Origin: a virus
Direction: 5' to 3' (one strand)
UHGV virus genome: UHGV-0109393
Length of the DNA: 63,844 bases
This document shows positions 47,525 to 56,798 of this stretch, piece by piece (position 1 is the stretch's first letter; each line of letters begins with the position of its first letter). The position numbers were made by a program, and so were the translations under genes. The notes under the pieces were generated by a model. That model saw only the letters and a program-made list of their open reading frames with translations, made no database searches and was not told the DNA's origin.

Positions 47525-47787
47525 ATGAAAGCGTTGTCCCCGGCAATTAACTTTTTAACGGTGTGCTGGGATTTGTTGCAGAAGCTGCAATAAAGCGTTG
47601 GACTGGCTGATACGGATGGTGCGCCAGATGTCAGCCGCGCGATGTCGTTCTTGCGACGCAATATCACACGGCTGCACTCAACCAGCATCTCCGGGGATAT
47701 CTCCTCCTCCGTAGAGAGCGTCTCTAATCGTTCGAGTATGTGGAAGGCTTTTTCCTGGGTAATTGCAGAATGAGATGTGGTCATCAT
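47461..47787 (-). CDS. Small protein with a ClpX-type N-terminal zinc-binding-domain-like C4 motif
   Basis: [36 protein letters not shown] vs E. coli ClpX [36 protein letters not shown] (recalled). Confidence 0.5.
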   Translation of the reverse strand: MMTTSHSAITQEKAFHILERLETLSTEEEISPEMLVECSRVILRRKNDIARLTSGAPSVSASPTLYCSFCNKSQHTVKKLIAGDNAFICNECVKDCNNIIQEDQRESA

Positions 47788-48485
47788 CTTTCCCCTTCAA
47801 AGTTCGGGCGCAGGCAGGATTGTCCTTTACGAAGCAGGGCTGCGAACCTGTCGGCCGCATCCGCGCAAGCAGAAGCAACGGAATCAAAAAATGGATCATC
47901 TCCGGTATCGCGCATCGTCAAAGCGAATGCCTCCAATCCCTGAGCCTGTATTTCTACAAGATAAGCCTCAGATATAGTGCTTTTCGCTTCACCTAACTCG
48001 TTATGAGCTATGTTCGCTACGCATGCGATGTCTATATCTGGATGATTAATTGGGAGATGGCTAAGAATTGCCTCAAGTGCTGCTTTTTTATTTTGGCATT
48101 CCGCCACCAGCGCCCCGCTATTGCTTTCCAGCTCTGCAATACACTTTTTAGCGGCCTCCAGCTCAACACGCAGCTTCTCAAGCGTTAGGGCCATCTCCAC
48201 GTTCTCGTCCAGCAGTTCAATCACATCAGGATCGCTACCATCAACTACTGATATGCGCGAATTTTTGTAATGCTCGTCAGCATAAGTTCGTCCAGTTTTG
48301 AAGCATCCGTCATCCTCCATGCCGGAACAGGCATAAACAACATGTGATCCAGATATGCGCTGCATTGACATTTCCTCGCCACAAACAGGGCATTTAGGCG
48401 CTGGTTTCGGTGAATAACGTTCACGTAACGGATAGTAAAGCTCGATCTCCGCCAGTTGCTCTGGCGTTAAACCTTCAGACTTCAT
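47784..48485 (-). CDS. Hypothetical protein, paralogue family
   Basis: 233 aa; N-terminal CxxC...C motif, coiled coil, C-terminal [13 protein letters not shown] motif. Confidence 0.4.
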   Translation of the reverse strand: MKSEGLTPEQLAEIELYYPLRERYSPKPAPKCPVCGEEMSMQRISGSHVVYACSGMEDDGCFKTGRTYADEHYKNSRISVVDGSDPDVIELLDENVEMALTLEKLRVELEAAKKCIAELESNSGALVAECQNKKAALEAILSHLPINHPDIDIACVANIAHNELGEAKSTISEAYLVEIQAQGLEAFALTMRDTGDDPFFDSVASACADAADRFAALLRKGQSCLRPNFEGER

Positions 48486-48792
48486 GTACTCTCCTTTCGA
48501 AATAAACGTACTGATTAATCATGCCCAGGGGCATTTCGAGTTTTTCCGCGATCTCACGGCGGGGAACACCACACTGATGAAGCTGCCGTGCCAGTTCTAT
48601 ATCGCTCTGCCGGTATTTGGCTGACGGATGAAAGTCTCCTTTCAGAATCATGCTGATCCCCAACTCCCGCGCTTTAGTCCTGACGGCATCACCGGTACGA
48701 CCGATCAGCTTCCCAATACTCTCGACCGTCATAGTTCCGGCGCACTGGCGGAGTATCATGATTTCTGCCCTTCCCCATCCCCGCCAGCTCAC
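48475..48792 (-). CDS. Hypothetical HTH DNA-binding protein
   Basis: 105 aa; HTH-like segment(s), e.g. IGKLIGRTGDAVRTKARELG. Confidence 0.35.
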   Translation of the reverse strand: MSWRGWGRAEIMILRQCAGTMTVESIGKLIGRTGDAVRTKARELGISMILKGDFHPSAKYRQSDIELARQLHQCGVPRREIAEKLEMPLGMINQYVYFERRVHEV

Positions 48793-49427
48793 GCAGAACT
48801 CCTTCTAACCAAAAGAACGCCATCTTCAGAAACAACGTTGCAGGACTTCAGGTAATTCATTGCCTCTTTCGGTAATGGATTCTTTGGATCGGCGTTTGCC
48901 AGGGATTTCGATAACTTCATGATAAATTTGATCATTACCTTCTGGCGGAGCTTGTGCTCATGAGATAAAGAAAGGTAATAGGAAATGGTATGGGCTAAAC
49001 GCTCACGAAGCTGTTCTGTGCCGTGATATACAGCAGCGATATCACGCAGTGCATTGACCAGTTCCCGGTAAATATGCGGAGCAACCTGGCATTCAATGTT
49101 GGTTGGTGACTCATAAATTACAGTCAGCCCCAGCTTTTCAGCCAGCGCGTGCTCTGCACGAGCACCAACCGAATCTTCCCATCGATTGAGCAAATAGATC
49201 GCATCAGCAGAACGCACCATTGCCAGGCAAATATCCATGTATTCACTCTGACAAAGGCCACCAGGTAACACAGCTGGATTCAGAACGATATGCCCTTCAG
49301 CCATCAAATCGCTCGCTTTCGCATTAAACGCCGCACGGTTGTAATCTGGATAACCAGTCATCGGCCCCGCGATGTAAATTTTCAAAACACGTTTCACCAT
49401 CAAAATTTCCCCAGAATCGTGACGCAA
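48789..49427 (-). CDS. Hypothetical protein (possible nucleoside 2-deoxyribosyltransferase-like fold)
   Basis: KIYIAGPMTGYPDYN... resembles Rossmann-like YxAGP families; weak. Confidence 0.3.
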   Translation of the reverse strand: MRHDSGEILMVKRVLKIYIAGPMTGYPDYNRAAFNAKASDLMAEGHIVLNPAVLPGGLCQSEYMDICLAMVRSADAIYLLNRWEDSVGARAEHALAEKLGLTVIYESPTNIECQVAPHIYRELVNALRDIAAVYHGTEQLRERLAHTISYYLSLSHEHKLRQKVMIKFIMKLSKSLANADPKNPLPKEAMNYLKSCNVVSEDGVLLVRRSSA

Positions 49428-49592
49428 AACATAAGCACTGCGAAAAGCTCAATACCAAGCTCAAGTAGCGCCAACGCCCCGAAAACCAACACATAGAACA
49501 GGCCAATCTCATTCACAGATGGCTGGTGGATCGCACTTAAAGCTATAAGCATCATGTCCTCCAAACAGTTATCAGGAATGATATTAATGTTT

Positions 49593-49625
49593 TGTGTTAG
49601 AAAATCAATTTTGAATATCTAACCA
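49593..49625. promoter_or_regulatory. Operator-like site(s) in a divergent promoter region
   Basis: TGTGTTAGAAAATCAATTTT plus ATATCTAACCA; between the leftward operon and ref. Confidence 0.45.
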
Positions 49626-49672
49626 TTTTGATCAATCATAGAAAAATCGTTGAAAAGTAAGAGACTGCCATC

Positions 49673-50251
49673 ATGCAGAAACAGAGTTATTGGGAGAAAC
49701 AGAGACAAAAAGCCATGCAAAAATTGGCTGACCCGGCCTGGCGAGAGGAACAAAGGGCAAAGCGCCTTCAACAAGCTCAACGCCAGCAGCAGCGAGCGAG
49801 AGAAAAAGCCGCATCGCCTGAATATCGGCAAAAGAAAATTGAAAAAGCAAAGCAATATGAACAGCGGAGAAAAGATAAAGCTGTATCCGCTCCGCCCAAA
49901 AAAACACGCACGTCACGCGGCCTGAAGGGCAGATCACTCACAGCCGATGAACGCCGGATACAGACCGCTATCGGTACTCTCCCCTGCATTGCCTGCCATA
50001 TTCACGGGCAACATAGCCCAGTAGTATCCCTGCACCATATCTTCGGGAGAACGGCAGAGAACGCGCATAAATATGTCCTCCCTTTGTGTAAATGGCACCA
50101 CCAGTACGCAGCGCCAGCCGAGGTCCGAGAACAATATCCCTGGCTGGTCCCTGTTCATGCTGATGGAAAAATAGGCGGAAAAGCAGATTTCATACGGCAC
50201 AATGCCGATGAAATGGCGTTGTATCAGATGGCGATTGAATTGATAAATTAG
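49673..50251 (+). CDS. ref: Ref-like HNH endonuclease
   Basis: 192 aa; basic low-complexity N-terminus plus HNH core (CIACHIHGQH...LHHIFGR...CKWHH). Confidence 0.7.
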   Translation: MQKQSYWEKQRQKAMQKLADPAWREEQRAKRLQQAQRQQQRAREKAASPEYRQKKIEKAKQYEQRRKDKAVSAPPKKTRTSRGLKGRSLTADERRIQTAIGTLPCIACHIHGQHSPVVSLHHIFGRTAENAHKYVLPLCKWHHQYAAPAEVREQYPWLVPVHADGKIGGKADFIRHNADEMALYQMAIELIN

Positions 50252-50267
50252 TTTTCTAACATTTTAA
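50246..50267. promoter_or_regulatory. Operator-like site
   Basis: AAATTAGTTTTCTAACATTTTA, overlapping the ref stop. Confidence 0.45.
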
Positions 50268-50582
50268 GTTGAATTGTAAATTTCCCCGATGTACATTCAC
50301 TACCGATTGGCACACCGGTCAACTTTTTGAGACAAACTGTTTAGTTTTTCGTATTATTGCCGCCGCTATACCTATGGCGGTGCAATATAGGTGGCTGAAA
50401 AGCCCCCGTTGACTCACGGTGTTCCAGCCTTTATTGCGCCGCCACCAGACCGTGGAACAGTCAATGGCGGCTCCGAAAGCAAGGAGTCACTACACTATGA
50501 ACAACTACAGTCTTTTACCATCACTCTTCGTCCACCACTCACGCGATAATCTGCATTCTTTACTCGCGCTGGGGGTGTCAAA

Positions 50583-50750
50583 ATGACGGTTCGCTACCTC
50601 AACTTTCAAATCAAGAACATTACTGGCGGTTGCTATGACTGGTTTGTCACTCTCGGAAAAGAAGTGATCACCGGGAAGCTGGATGAAGTGAAAGCTAAAG
50701 CAATGGCCTACGCCTGCAAGCAAGCCCGGAAGAAATCCGCCAAAGCATAA
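50583..50750 (+). CDS. Candidate small protein (55 aa) upstream of immI-like module 2
   Basis: ATG preceded by GGGGGTG; MTVRYLNFQIKNITGGCYDWFV...; not in the ORF track (under 60 aa). Confidence 0.3.
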   Translation: MTVRYLNFQIKNITGGCYDWFVTLGKEVITGKLDEVKAKAMAYACKQARKKSAKA

Positions 50751-50855
50751 AATACTGACTGTTGCGCCCTGGCATTATCGTGGGGTATATTTCTACGGCA
50801 CCTTAGAAAAACGGGTGCCGGGATTGGAACCCCGGATAATGCAAAAGGCGACACA

Positions 50856-50877
50856 GACGCCGAAAGCGTCTTTTTTT
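50856..50877 (+). terminator. Rho-independent terminator
   Basis: GACGCcgaaaGCGTC followed by TTTTTTT. Confidence 0.7.
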
Positions 50878-50899
50878 GTGTCATGCCATCGCACAGCCA

Positions 50900-51035
50900 T
50901 ACGTAGCGTTTAGCTCAGAGATCAATGGTAGTGCTGGCTGGGCTGCCGAAAGGCAGGCCGGTTCCCTTTTGCGCCGGTAGTTCCAACCCAGTCAGTGCTA
51001 CCGCCATTGAGATTGGAACCTCACGCGGTAGCTCC
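50900..51035 (+). ncRNA. Candidate c4-type antisense RNA with target sites (module 2); boundaries approximate
   Basis: GATTGGAACC at 50821 and 51011 with its complement GTTCCAACC at 50980; second pair GCTACCG (50997) / CGGTAGC (51026); tRNA-like TAGCTCAGAG stretch; immediately upstream of the icd-like RBS. Confidence 0.3.
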
Positions 51036-51062
51036 TTAAATTAGCAAAAGGAGGCTGCCATT

Positions 51063-51278
51063 ATGGCTACTACCCCTACCCCAACTCATTCTGAATTTAT
51101 CTGGCGTTTCTATTCCTGCCAAAAACACCTCTATATCTGCGTCATGGCTGCTACCGAAGCAGAAGCGCGCTCATACCTTCCCGAAGAACCCTGCATTTTT
51201 GCTGCTCGCTTCACTCTTGATGCGATGGAGATCCTCAATTACTGGAATCTGCCGATGAACTGCGTGGAGGTGCACTGA
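51063..51278 (+). CDS. Icd-like small protein (paralogue 2)
   Basis: 71 aa; paralogue of 14937..15161; stop overlaps the ant start. Confidence 0.45.
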   Translation: MATTPTPTHSEFIWRFYSCQKHLYICVMAATEAEARSYLPEEPCIFAARFTLDAMEILNYWNLPMNCVEVH

Positions 51279-52204
51279 TGAATCTGTCCATCTCTCAAAA
51301 AGCGACAATGACCAGCATTGAGATCGCGGAACTGGTAGGTAAGCGCCCTGATAACGTTAAACGCACCATTGAACACCTGGCGGAACGGGGCGTAATATCT
51401 TTTCCTCAAATTGAGGAAAAGCCCACCGCAGGCCGCCCGGCGAGCTATTACGTCTTCGAAGGCGAGCAAGGCAAGCGCGATAGTATTGTCGTCGTCGCGC
51501 AGCTCTCTCCCGAATTCACCGCCCGGCTGGTGGACCGCTGGCGCGAACTGGAGAATGCCCGGGTACAGTTAAAATCAAAAGCCGAAATTCTGGCTGAAAT
51601 GGCGCAAATGCATCTTGAGCATGAACGCCGGATCAACGCCGTAAATGCCCAGGTAGCCGAGGTATCAGCACAAGTATCGATGGTCGCTGAAACACTCGAG
51701 CAAATAAAGAAAGGCAATATTCCGGAAGGCTACATTGGCTACCGCCAGCTGGCGGCGAAATGTGGCCTGACTGAAGCCAAATGCCGAAACCTGGTCAACG
51801 CTTACCGGATTCCCACCGATACGCATGAGTTTTTAACTCCCGATGGTTTGCTTGCGCGACGCTCCATTGTGGCCATGGCCCCCTTCCGGAAAGCCTTTAA
51901 GCAGGTGATGTCGGAGGCAGAACCACGCAATAAACGCTGGTATCATCCAAAGATGGGGATGTTTCAGGCAATCCACCATCCTGTGCCTGAAAGTCCAAAG
52001 GCAAACCTGTCGTTGCATACCGCCAGAGAGAGGATTAAAACAGGCTATGCAATCGTATGCCGTCGAGCATCCTGGCCTGAAGGTGTATGGGTGTGGCCCG
52101 AAGGTGGATCACGAAAGCACTGGCGCACTATCCGGGATGGGAAAATCCATGCGATTGATTTAGCTCCAGAGGATGTTGTTGCTACGGACTGGATTGTTAG
52201 TTAA
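51278..52204 (+). CDS. Antirepressor, Rha/Ant family (paralogue 2)
   Basis: MTSIEIAELVGKRPDNVKRTIEHL; the first ~100 and last ~80 residues are near-identical to 15161..15868, with a different middle. Confidence 0.7.
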   Translation: MNLSISQKATMTSIEIAELVGKRPDNVKRTIEHLAERGVISFPQIEEKPTAGRPASYYVFEGEQGKRDSIVVVAQLSPEFTARLVDRWRELENARVQLKSKAEILAEMAQMHLEHERRINAVNAQVAEVSAQVSMVAETLEQIKKGNIPEGYIGYRQLAAKCGLTEAKCRNLVNAYRIPTDTHEFLTPDGLLARRSIVAMAPFRKAFKQVMSEAEPRNKRWYHPKMGMFQAIHHPVPESPKANLSLHTARERIKTGYAIVCRRASWPEGVWVWPEGGSRKHWRTIRDGKIHAIDLAPEDVVATDWIVS

Positions 52205-52212
52205 TTACTGTT

Positions 52213-52234
52213 GCCCCGGCCTGTCCGGGGCTTT
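52213..52234 (+). terminator. Rho-independent terminator
   Basis: GCCCCGGCCtgtCCGGGGC followed by TTT; same hairpin type as after ant paralogue 1. Confidence 0.6.
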
Positions 52235-52263
52235 AACTACTAAATAACCGGATTCTCCGCACG

Positions 52264-52548
52264 ATGAAGAAAATAGATTTCACTTACTCTGCTGCCACAA
52301 TCCAGCGACGTTTCAGTCTCATAAGGGAAGTGGAACTATCAAAAAACTGCTATCAAATTCTACTGGATGAAGAGTTTTCACTGATGGTTATAGCAGAAAA
52401 ATTGGCTATGCCGAATGACCGGCACAAGGTCATAGCCAGCCTGGATCTGGTGACAAACAGATACTGGGAATACGAGGAACTACTTGAAGTTGGCTTGATA
52501 CGCGAGATGATAGAACAGGCTGTTCCCCTCCACTTACAGCAACCATAA
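52264..52548 (+). CDS. Hypothetical protein
   Basis: 94-aa ORF. Confidence 0.35.
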   Translation: MKKIDFTYSAATIQRRFSLIREVELSKNCYQILLDEEFSLMVIAEKLAMPNDRHKVIASLDLVTNRYWEYEELLEVGLIREMIEQAVPLHLQQP

Positions 52549-52684
52549 TTGAAAGGTCTTAACGATAGTCTGCCACGAATAGTTACTTCCACTGCCTAAA
52601 GTTATTTAATTGCATTACAAAGTGTAAATTAGTAACATTAGAATCTCACACAGCACTATAACTATATGTTTTTTATGTAAAAGG

Positions 52685-53044
52685 ATGATAATCGTGGCTA
52701 CTAAAATTAAACTTGAAAACCCTCAAACTGGCGAATCAATCACCGGTTTTTATGGTTTTTCCTGGACTACATTCTTGTTTGGTGCTTTTCCAGCTTTGTT
52801 CAGGAAAGACTTTATAACTTTTATTGGGGTATTTGTAGTGATGCTGATACTGGCATTCCTCACAGCCGGAATTGGCCCGTGGATTGCCTCATTTATCTGG
52901 GCGTTCATGTATAATAAATATTTCACCGTAAATAAGATAAAACAAGGCTTCATTTTTGCTGGTTCTCACACAGAAAATGAGTTGGCTGCTAGCAAGCTAG
53001 GATTGTCATTAAATCAAAACAACTGCAAAACTATTACCGAGTAA
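52685..53044 (+). CDS. Small integral membrane protein (AT-rich moron)
   Basis: About 116 aa with two hydrophobic helices; likely GTG start at ~52695; locally AT-rich. Confidence 0.4.
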   Translation: MIIVATKIKLENPQTGESITGFYGFSWTTFLFGAFPALFRKDFITFIGVFVVMLILAFLTAGIGPWIASFIWAFMYNKYFTVNKIKQGFIFAGSHTENELAASKLGLSLNQNNCKTITE

Positions 53045-53083
53045 AGCCAAAAAGCAGGCTTAATAGTAAGCCTGCTATGTCAA

Positions 53084-53917
53084 TCACGAATCTCTCTGAC
53101 AATTCAGAAACATAAACGCCCGCTTGTCTGTTAAATCCGTAACATAATACTCTCTCATGCCTGTAGGTTTTATTCTACGAGCATATACAAACTTATGAAC
53201 TGGTTGTTTTTCCCCATAACTTACATCAGTCCTAAATTCATCAACCACGCTACCATCTTTTTCAGTTTCCTTTCTCACTAGCTGATTTTCTAATACAGGC
53301 TTTGATTCGTCCATGCCACTAAAAGCATCCTGACCTGTGCTGTTGCCTCGGTTTCCGCGTGGCAAATCCCATGAAAAATAAGTGCCATAGTCAGTAATCA
53401 CACGATCCCATGTTCCGGAATCCCCCATATAGTTAGAACGCTCCCCCTTGTAAGTTACAGCCACCTTACAGGCATACGTTTCACCATTATTTTTTTTATC
53501 ATGTCCAGCCATGCTTGCAGGAGTTGCAGGGGAATTATGAATAGATGCGCTTACATCATCCTGCGTTAATTCCTCAACTGGAGCAAATTCATATATGGGT
53601 GTGCCGAGGCTATTTAAATATAACTTATATCTAACCCTAAGCGCACTTCCATCAGAGAATTCATACGTTCCCAGACATTGGAGCTTATTTTTTTCTCTTA
53701 TCTCATTGATCTGATTATAAGCATCAATTACAGAGATTGCTTCCTGATCGTCCTTCAGCAGTTCATTATAATCATCGATTAACATCTGTCTGGTTTTAGG
53801 GGCATTACAGTCAATTTTGCTAAAATCATAAGCAAAGGCAAATGTGGGAACAGAGAGAGCAACAACAGTAGCAAGTATTGTTGAGGAACATCTTTTTCCA
53901 TTTTTTATAAAAAACAT
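53084..53917 (-). CDS. Secreted/periplasmic protein with signal peptide (AT-rich moron)
   Basis: Start at MFFIKNGKRCSSTILATVVALSVPTFAFA (GGAG RBS), predicted cleavage after AFA; about 278 aa; AT-rich codon usage unlike neighbours. Confidence 0.5.
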   Translation of the reverse strand: MFFIKNGKRCSSTILATVVALSVPTFAFAYDFSKIDCNAPKTRQMLIDDYNELLKDDQEAISVIDAYNQINEIREKNKLQCLGTYEFSDGSALRVRYKLYLNSLGTPIYEFAPVEELTQDDVSASIHNSPATPASMAGHDKKNNGETYACKVAVTYKGERSNYMGDSGTWDRVITDYGTYFSWDLPRGNRGNSTGQDAFSGMDESKPVLENQLVRKETEKDGSVVDEFRTDVSYGEKQPVHKFVYARRIKPTGMREYYVTDLTDKRAFMFLNCQRDS

Positions 53918-54263
53918 TTCATTAACTCCATACTTTACCATCTTAGCCGCGAGCGCGGTCCCTAAAACCCTTAACTTCACTACCCCGTCCTTCATGTAAA
54001 CAAAATGAGGTTTTATGTTATAAAAACAATCAACTACATCAACATGATTTAGGCCAAGTTTCGGTCAAATAATAAAATCCTCAAAAAGTGGTTGACACTA
54101 TTCTGGAAATCACAAACTGCACATAATCCATCGCGCTAACGGCTCCCGTTGAAGGTTCTTTTGACGATTAACTTTCAGCCGAAGCGCGGTAGGGAGTCAT
54201 AACGCCAAAGCAGGCCGCCATGTGCGGCCTTTTTTTGTATCCGTCATCCGTGGAGGAAGGACA

Positions 54264-54917
54264 ATGGAAAAGATCGCAATATTCAGCCTGACCACCAGCA
54301 AGCCTCAAATGCTCACTGCAATACTGAAAGACGGTGCTCTCATTATTAACGAAGTAAAACCCCTTCCCGCGTCAGCATTGGAGCAAAAGCAAAAAATTCC
54401 TCCAGCTATAGCAGCCCTGCGGAAAAGCAAATTTAAGGTACTGGTAGACGAAATTACGCCAACGATCTCCGCTGGCACCGGAGCAAGCCAGGTGACTCTC
54501 AAGACCCGTCATGCCGATGGCAGAGCAGCAATCATCGTCGGGATGGAAAGATACAGAGAGTTAAAACTCCAGAAGCTATTATCCCTGCCGCAAAATAACA
54601 AAGGTGCTTTCGAAATCCCCGACTCTATCGTTGATACCGAATACAACGGTAACGGAGAAGAAGTCTACAGGGTGAACTGGCAGGATATCAGGCCGGAGCA
54701 TATTCTGATGATCCTGTGTTGCTACGCGACCGTATACCACAACGTTGCCAGTGCGGATTACGTAGAGCAGATGATCGGTACAGTCGAGAAAGAGCAAAAA
54801 ACAGGCATACTCGCTTCGTTCCTGTCCATTATTGGGCATGAAAAAGTTAAAGCAGGCACCTCCCAGCCAAAGTCACTGACTGGGAAAGAAGTTGATGAAG
54901 ATACCGTGATACTTTGA
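54264..54917 (+). CDS. Hypothetical protein
   Basis: 217 aa from the ATG with GGAGGAAGG RBS. Confidence 0.45.
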   Translation: MEKIAIFSLTTSKPQMLTAILKDGALIINEVKPLPASALEQKQKIPPAIAALRKSKFKVLVDEITPTISAGTGASQVTLKTRHADGRAAIIVGMERYRELKLQKLLSLPQNNKGAFEIPDSIVDTEYNGNGEEVYRVNWQDIRPEHILMILCCYATVYHNVASADYVEQMIGTVEKEQKTGILASFLSIIGHEKVKAGTSQPKSLTGKEVDEDTVIL

Positions 54918-55245
54918 TCACATTAGTAGCTTTGTTAACTCCCTCAATACCAGGTAGAAGAGTAACAAAAATATTGACGCCAGTATTTGAGTGGTCAATG
55001 AGGCGTTCATAAACAGATCAATAAGCTTTAACAATTCTAGAATAACATCCATGTCATTCACTCCGTTTAATTTTTAATCTAATGCCAGCAAATGAAGCTG
55101 GCCCCCGCATAAAGATTAATGAAAGTCACTTGTCACCAGTGAGGGGATTTATGAACCACATCCCCCTGAACTGGTGGCCTGTCTGTTTCTCGCATTTCAC
55201 ACCCTGCATACAGTTTCCACCAGGTTATGACTGAGAGGCTTTGTT

Positions 55246-55575
55246 ATGGGCTATAGCAGACTCGACGATAGGTACATTGAAGACGATATTTTTCGTGCGC
55301 TGTTTCACCAGGAAATGATTAAGCGGGTATCGGAGTATCACTCTGATAATTTCCAGTACACGATAAAGATTGATGAAGTATATCGTTCAGACCTTGCAGC
55401 CTACAGGGCGTATGGCAATGCAGATTTGCGCTGGGTATTCCGGGTGCTGGTGGGCCATGAGTCAGAAATGGAAGAAATGCCCGCCGGGACCACGTTAACT
55501 CTTCCTGATGTCGCATGGCTGAGGAACAAGATCCGTGATTACGCGAGCGCGGAACCGGAGATAGAAAATGCCTGA
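55246..55575 (+). CDS. Hypothetical protein
   Basis: 109-aa ORF coupled to the next gene. Confidence 0.4.
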   Translation: MGYSRLDDRYIEDDIFRALFHQEMIKRVSEYHSDNFQYTIKIDEVYRSDLAAYRAYGNADLRWVFRVLVGHESEMEEMPAGTTLTLPDVAWLRNKIRDYASAEPEIENA

Positions 55576-56764
55576 TTTCCTGAAAAACCAGGACGGGCGA
55601 TATATCACTGATGGCCTGTCCTCTAAGGACTTCACGCGTTTATTCGACCTTATCAGTAAAGAACAAACCCGTAAGCGCCGACAAGCTCACCGGACGCTGA
55701 CGCCCGGCAGACTGAGGAACAAATCCGCCGAAGATATTCTCAAGTTGGGGAAGAAGAAAGGCGGCACGTTCTTTACGCGAGACGATCTGAAAGGCTTCGA
55801 AAAGCTACGGAGTAAAACGCGCGAAAAATATGACAGTAAGACGGCAGGCATCACATACGCCCAGCTGGTGGCATCCAGCCAGGCTATCGATATTAAGCGT
55901 GCAAATAACGCCGTGGATGACGGATCTGGTATCAAAAGAGCTACACCCGTATCTCTTCGCCACAATGTGATTAATATCCGCGTAGAAGCATCGGATATAT
56001 CCGTCCACCAGCACCATATCGTCCGTATACGCTTTGAAGAATGGGATCAGATGGTCGATGACATCGCAGAAGACGATAAATCAGCTCTGAAAATCACTAA
56101 ATCACTGTGCGCCGGGCGGGTGTCTTTCGATTGTGACTGTGGTCGTCATCAATACTGGTATCGTTACATTGCTACTGCGGGTAACTTTGCCCTGGCCCCG
56201 CCAAAAGAATACGCCTATCCAAAAGTTCGTAACCCTAAGCTACAAGGCGTCGCCTGTAAACACGTGATCCACTCAATGACGCGGTTACAGTCCGCCAGTT
56301 GGCAAATGAGTATTGCTCGTGCGTTACAAAAGGCCGCAACGCAAATTGCATTTGGTGACGATCGCCGCCGTACAACTAAACACTTCTCAAAAGAAGACGA
56401 GAAGGAGTTTAATCGCAATCGTAGCAGTAAAACGAACGTTGAAGCCGCCAAACGCGAATGGAGGCTCTATCAGAAACGCCAGGCCGCTTTAAGCACAAAA
56501 CTGGCAAAGGACAACGGGAAGATTGACAAGCTACGTGACCAGCTGACCAGGGCCAGAAAGTTGTCCGATGCACAGAAAAAACGGGCAGCAGCAAAAGAAG
56601 CAGCCTTGCAACGTGAGAAACAGAAAAACAAGGAGCTTCAGCAACGCCTTGCCGATCAATTCGCACTGAAGAAGCAAGCGTTCATTGATGCACTGGTCAT
56701 GGCAGGAACGTCACCTGAGCAAGCTGAAAAAATGTTTATGGAGTACGTGAAGAAAGGTTCTTGA
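55568..56764 (+). CDS. SWIM zinc-finger-like protein with basic coiled-coil C-terminus
   Basis: 398 aa; FDCDCGRHQYW...GVACKHVIH fits the CxCxnCxH SWIM pattern. Confidence 0.45.
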   Translation: MPDFLKNQDGRYITDGLSSKDFTRLFDLISKEQTRKRRQAHRTLTPGRLRNKSAEDILKLGKKKGGTFFTRDDLKGFEKLRSKTREKYDSKTAGITYAQLVASSQAIDIKRANNAVDDGSGIKRATPVSLRHNVINIRVEASDISVHQHHIVRIRFEEWDQMVDDIAEDDKSALKITKSLCAGRVSFDCDCGRHQYWYRYIATAGNFALAPPKEYAYPKVRNPKLQGVACKHVIHSMTRLQSASWQMSIARALQKAATQIAFGDDRRRTTKHFSKEDEKEFNRNRSSKTNVEAAKREWRLYQKRQAALSTKLAKDNGKIDKLRDQLTRARKLSDAQKKRAAAKEAALQREKQKNKELQQRLADQFALKKQAFIDALVMAGTSPEQAEKMFMEYVKKGS

Positions 56765-56798
56765 TTGACAACAAAGGCGGTCATACAGACCGCCAAAC

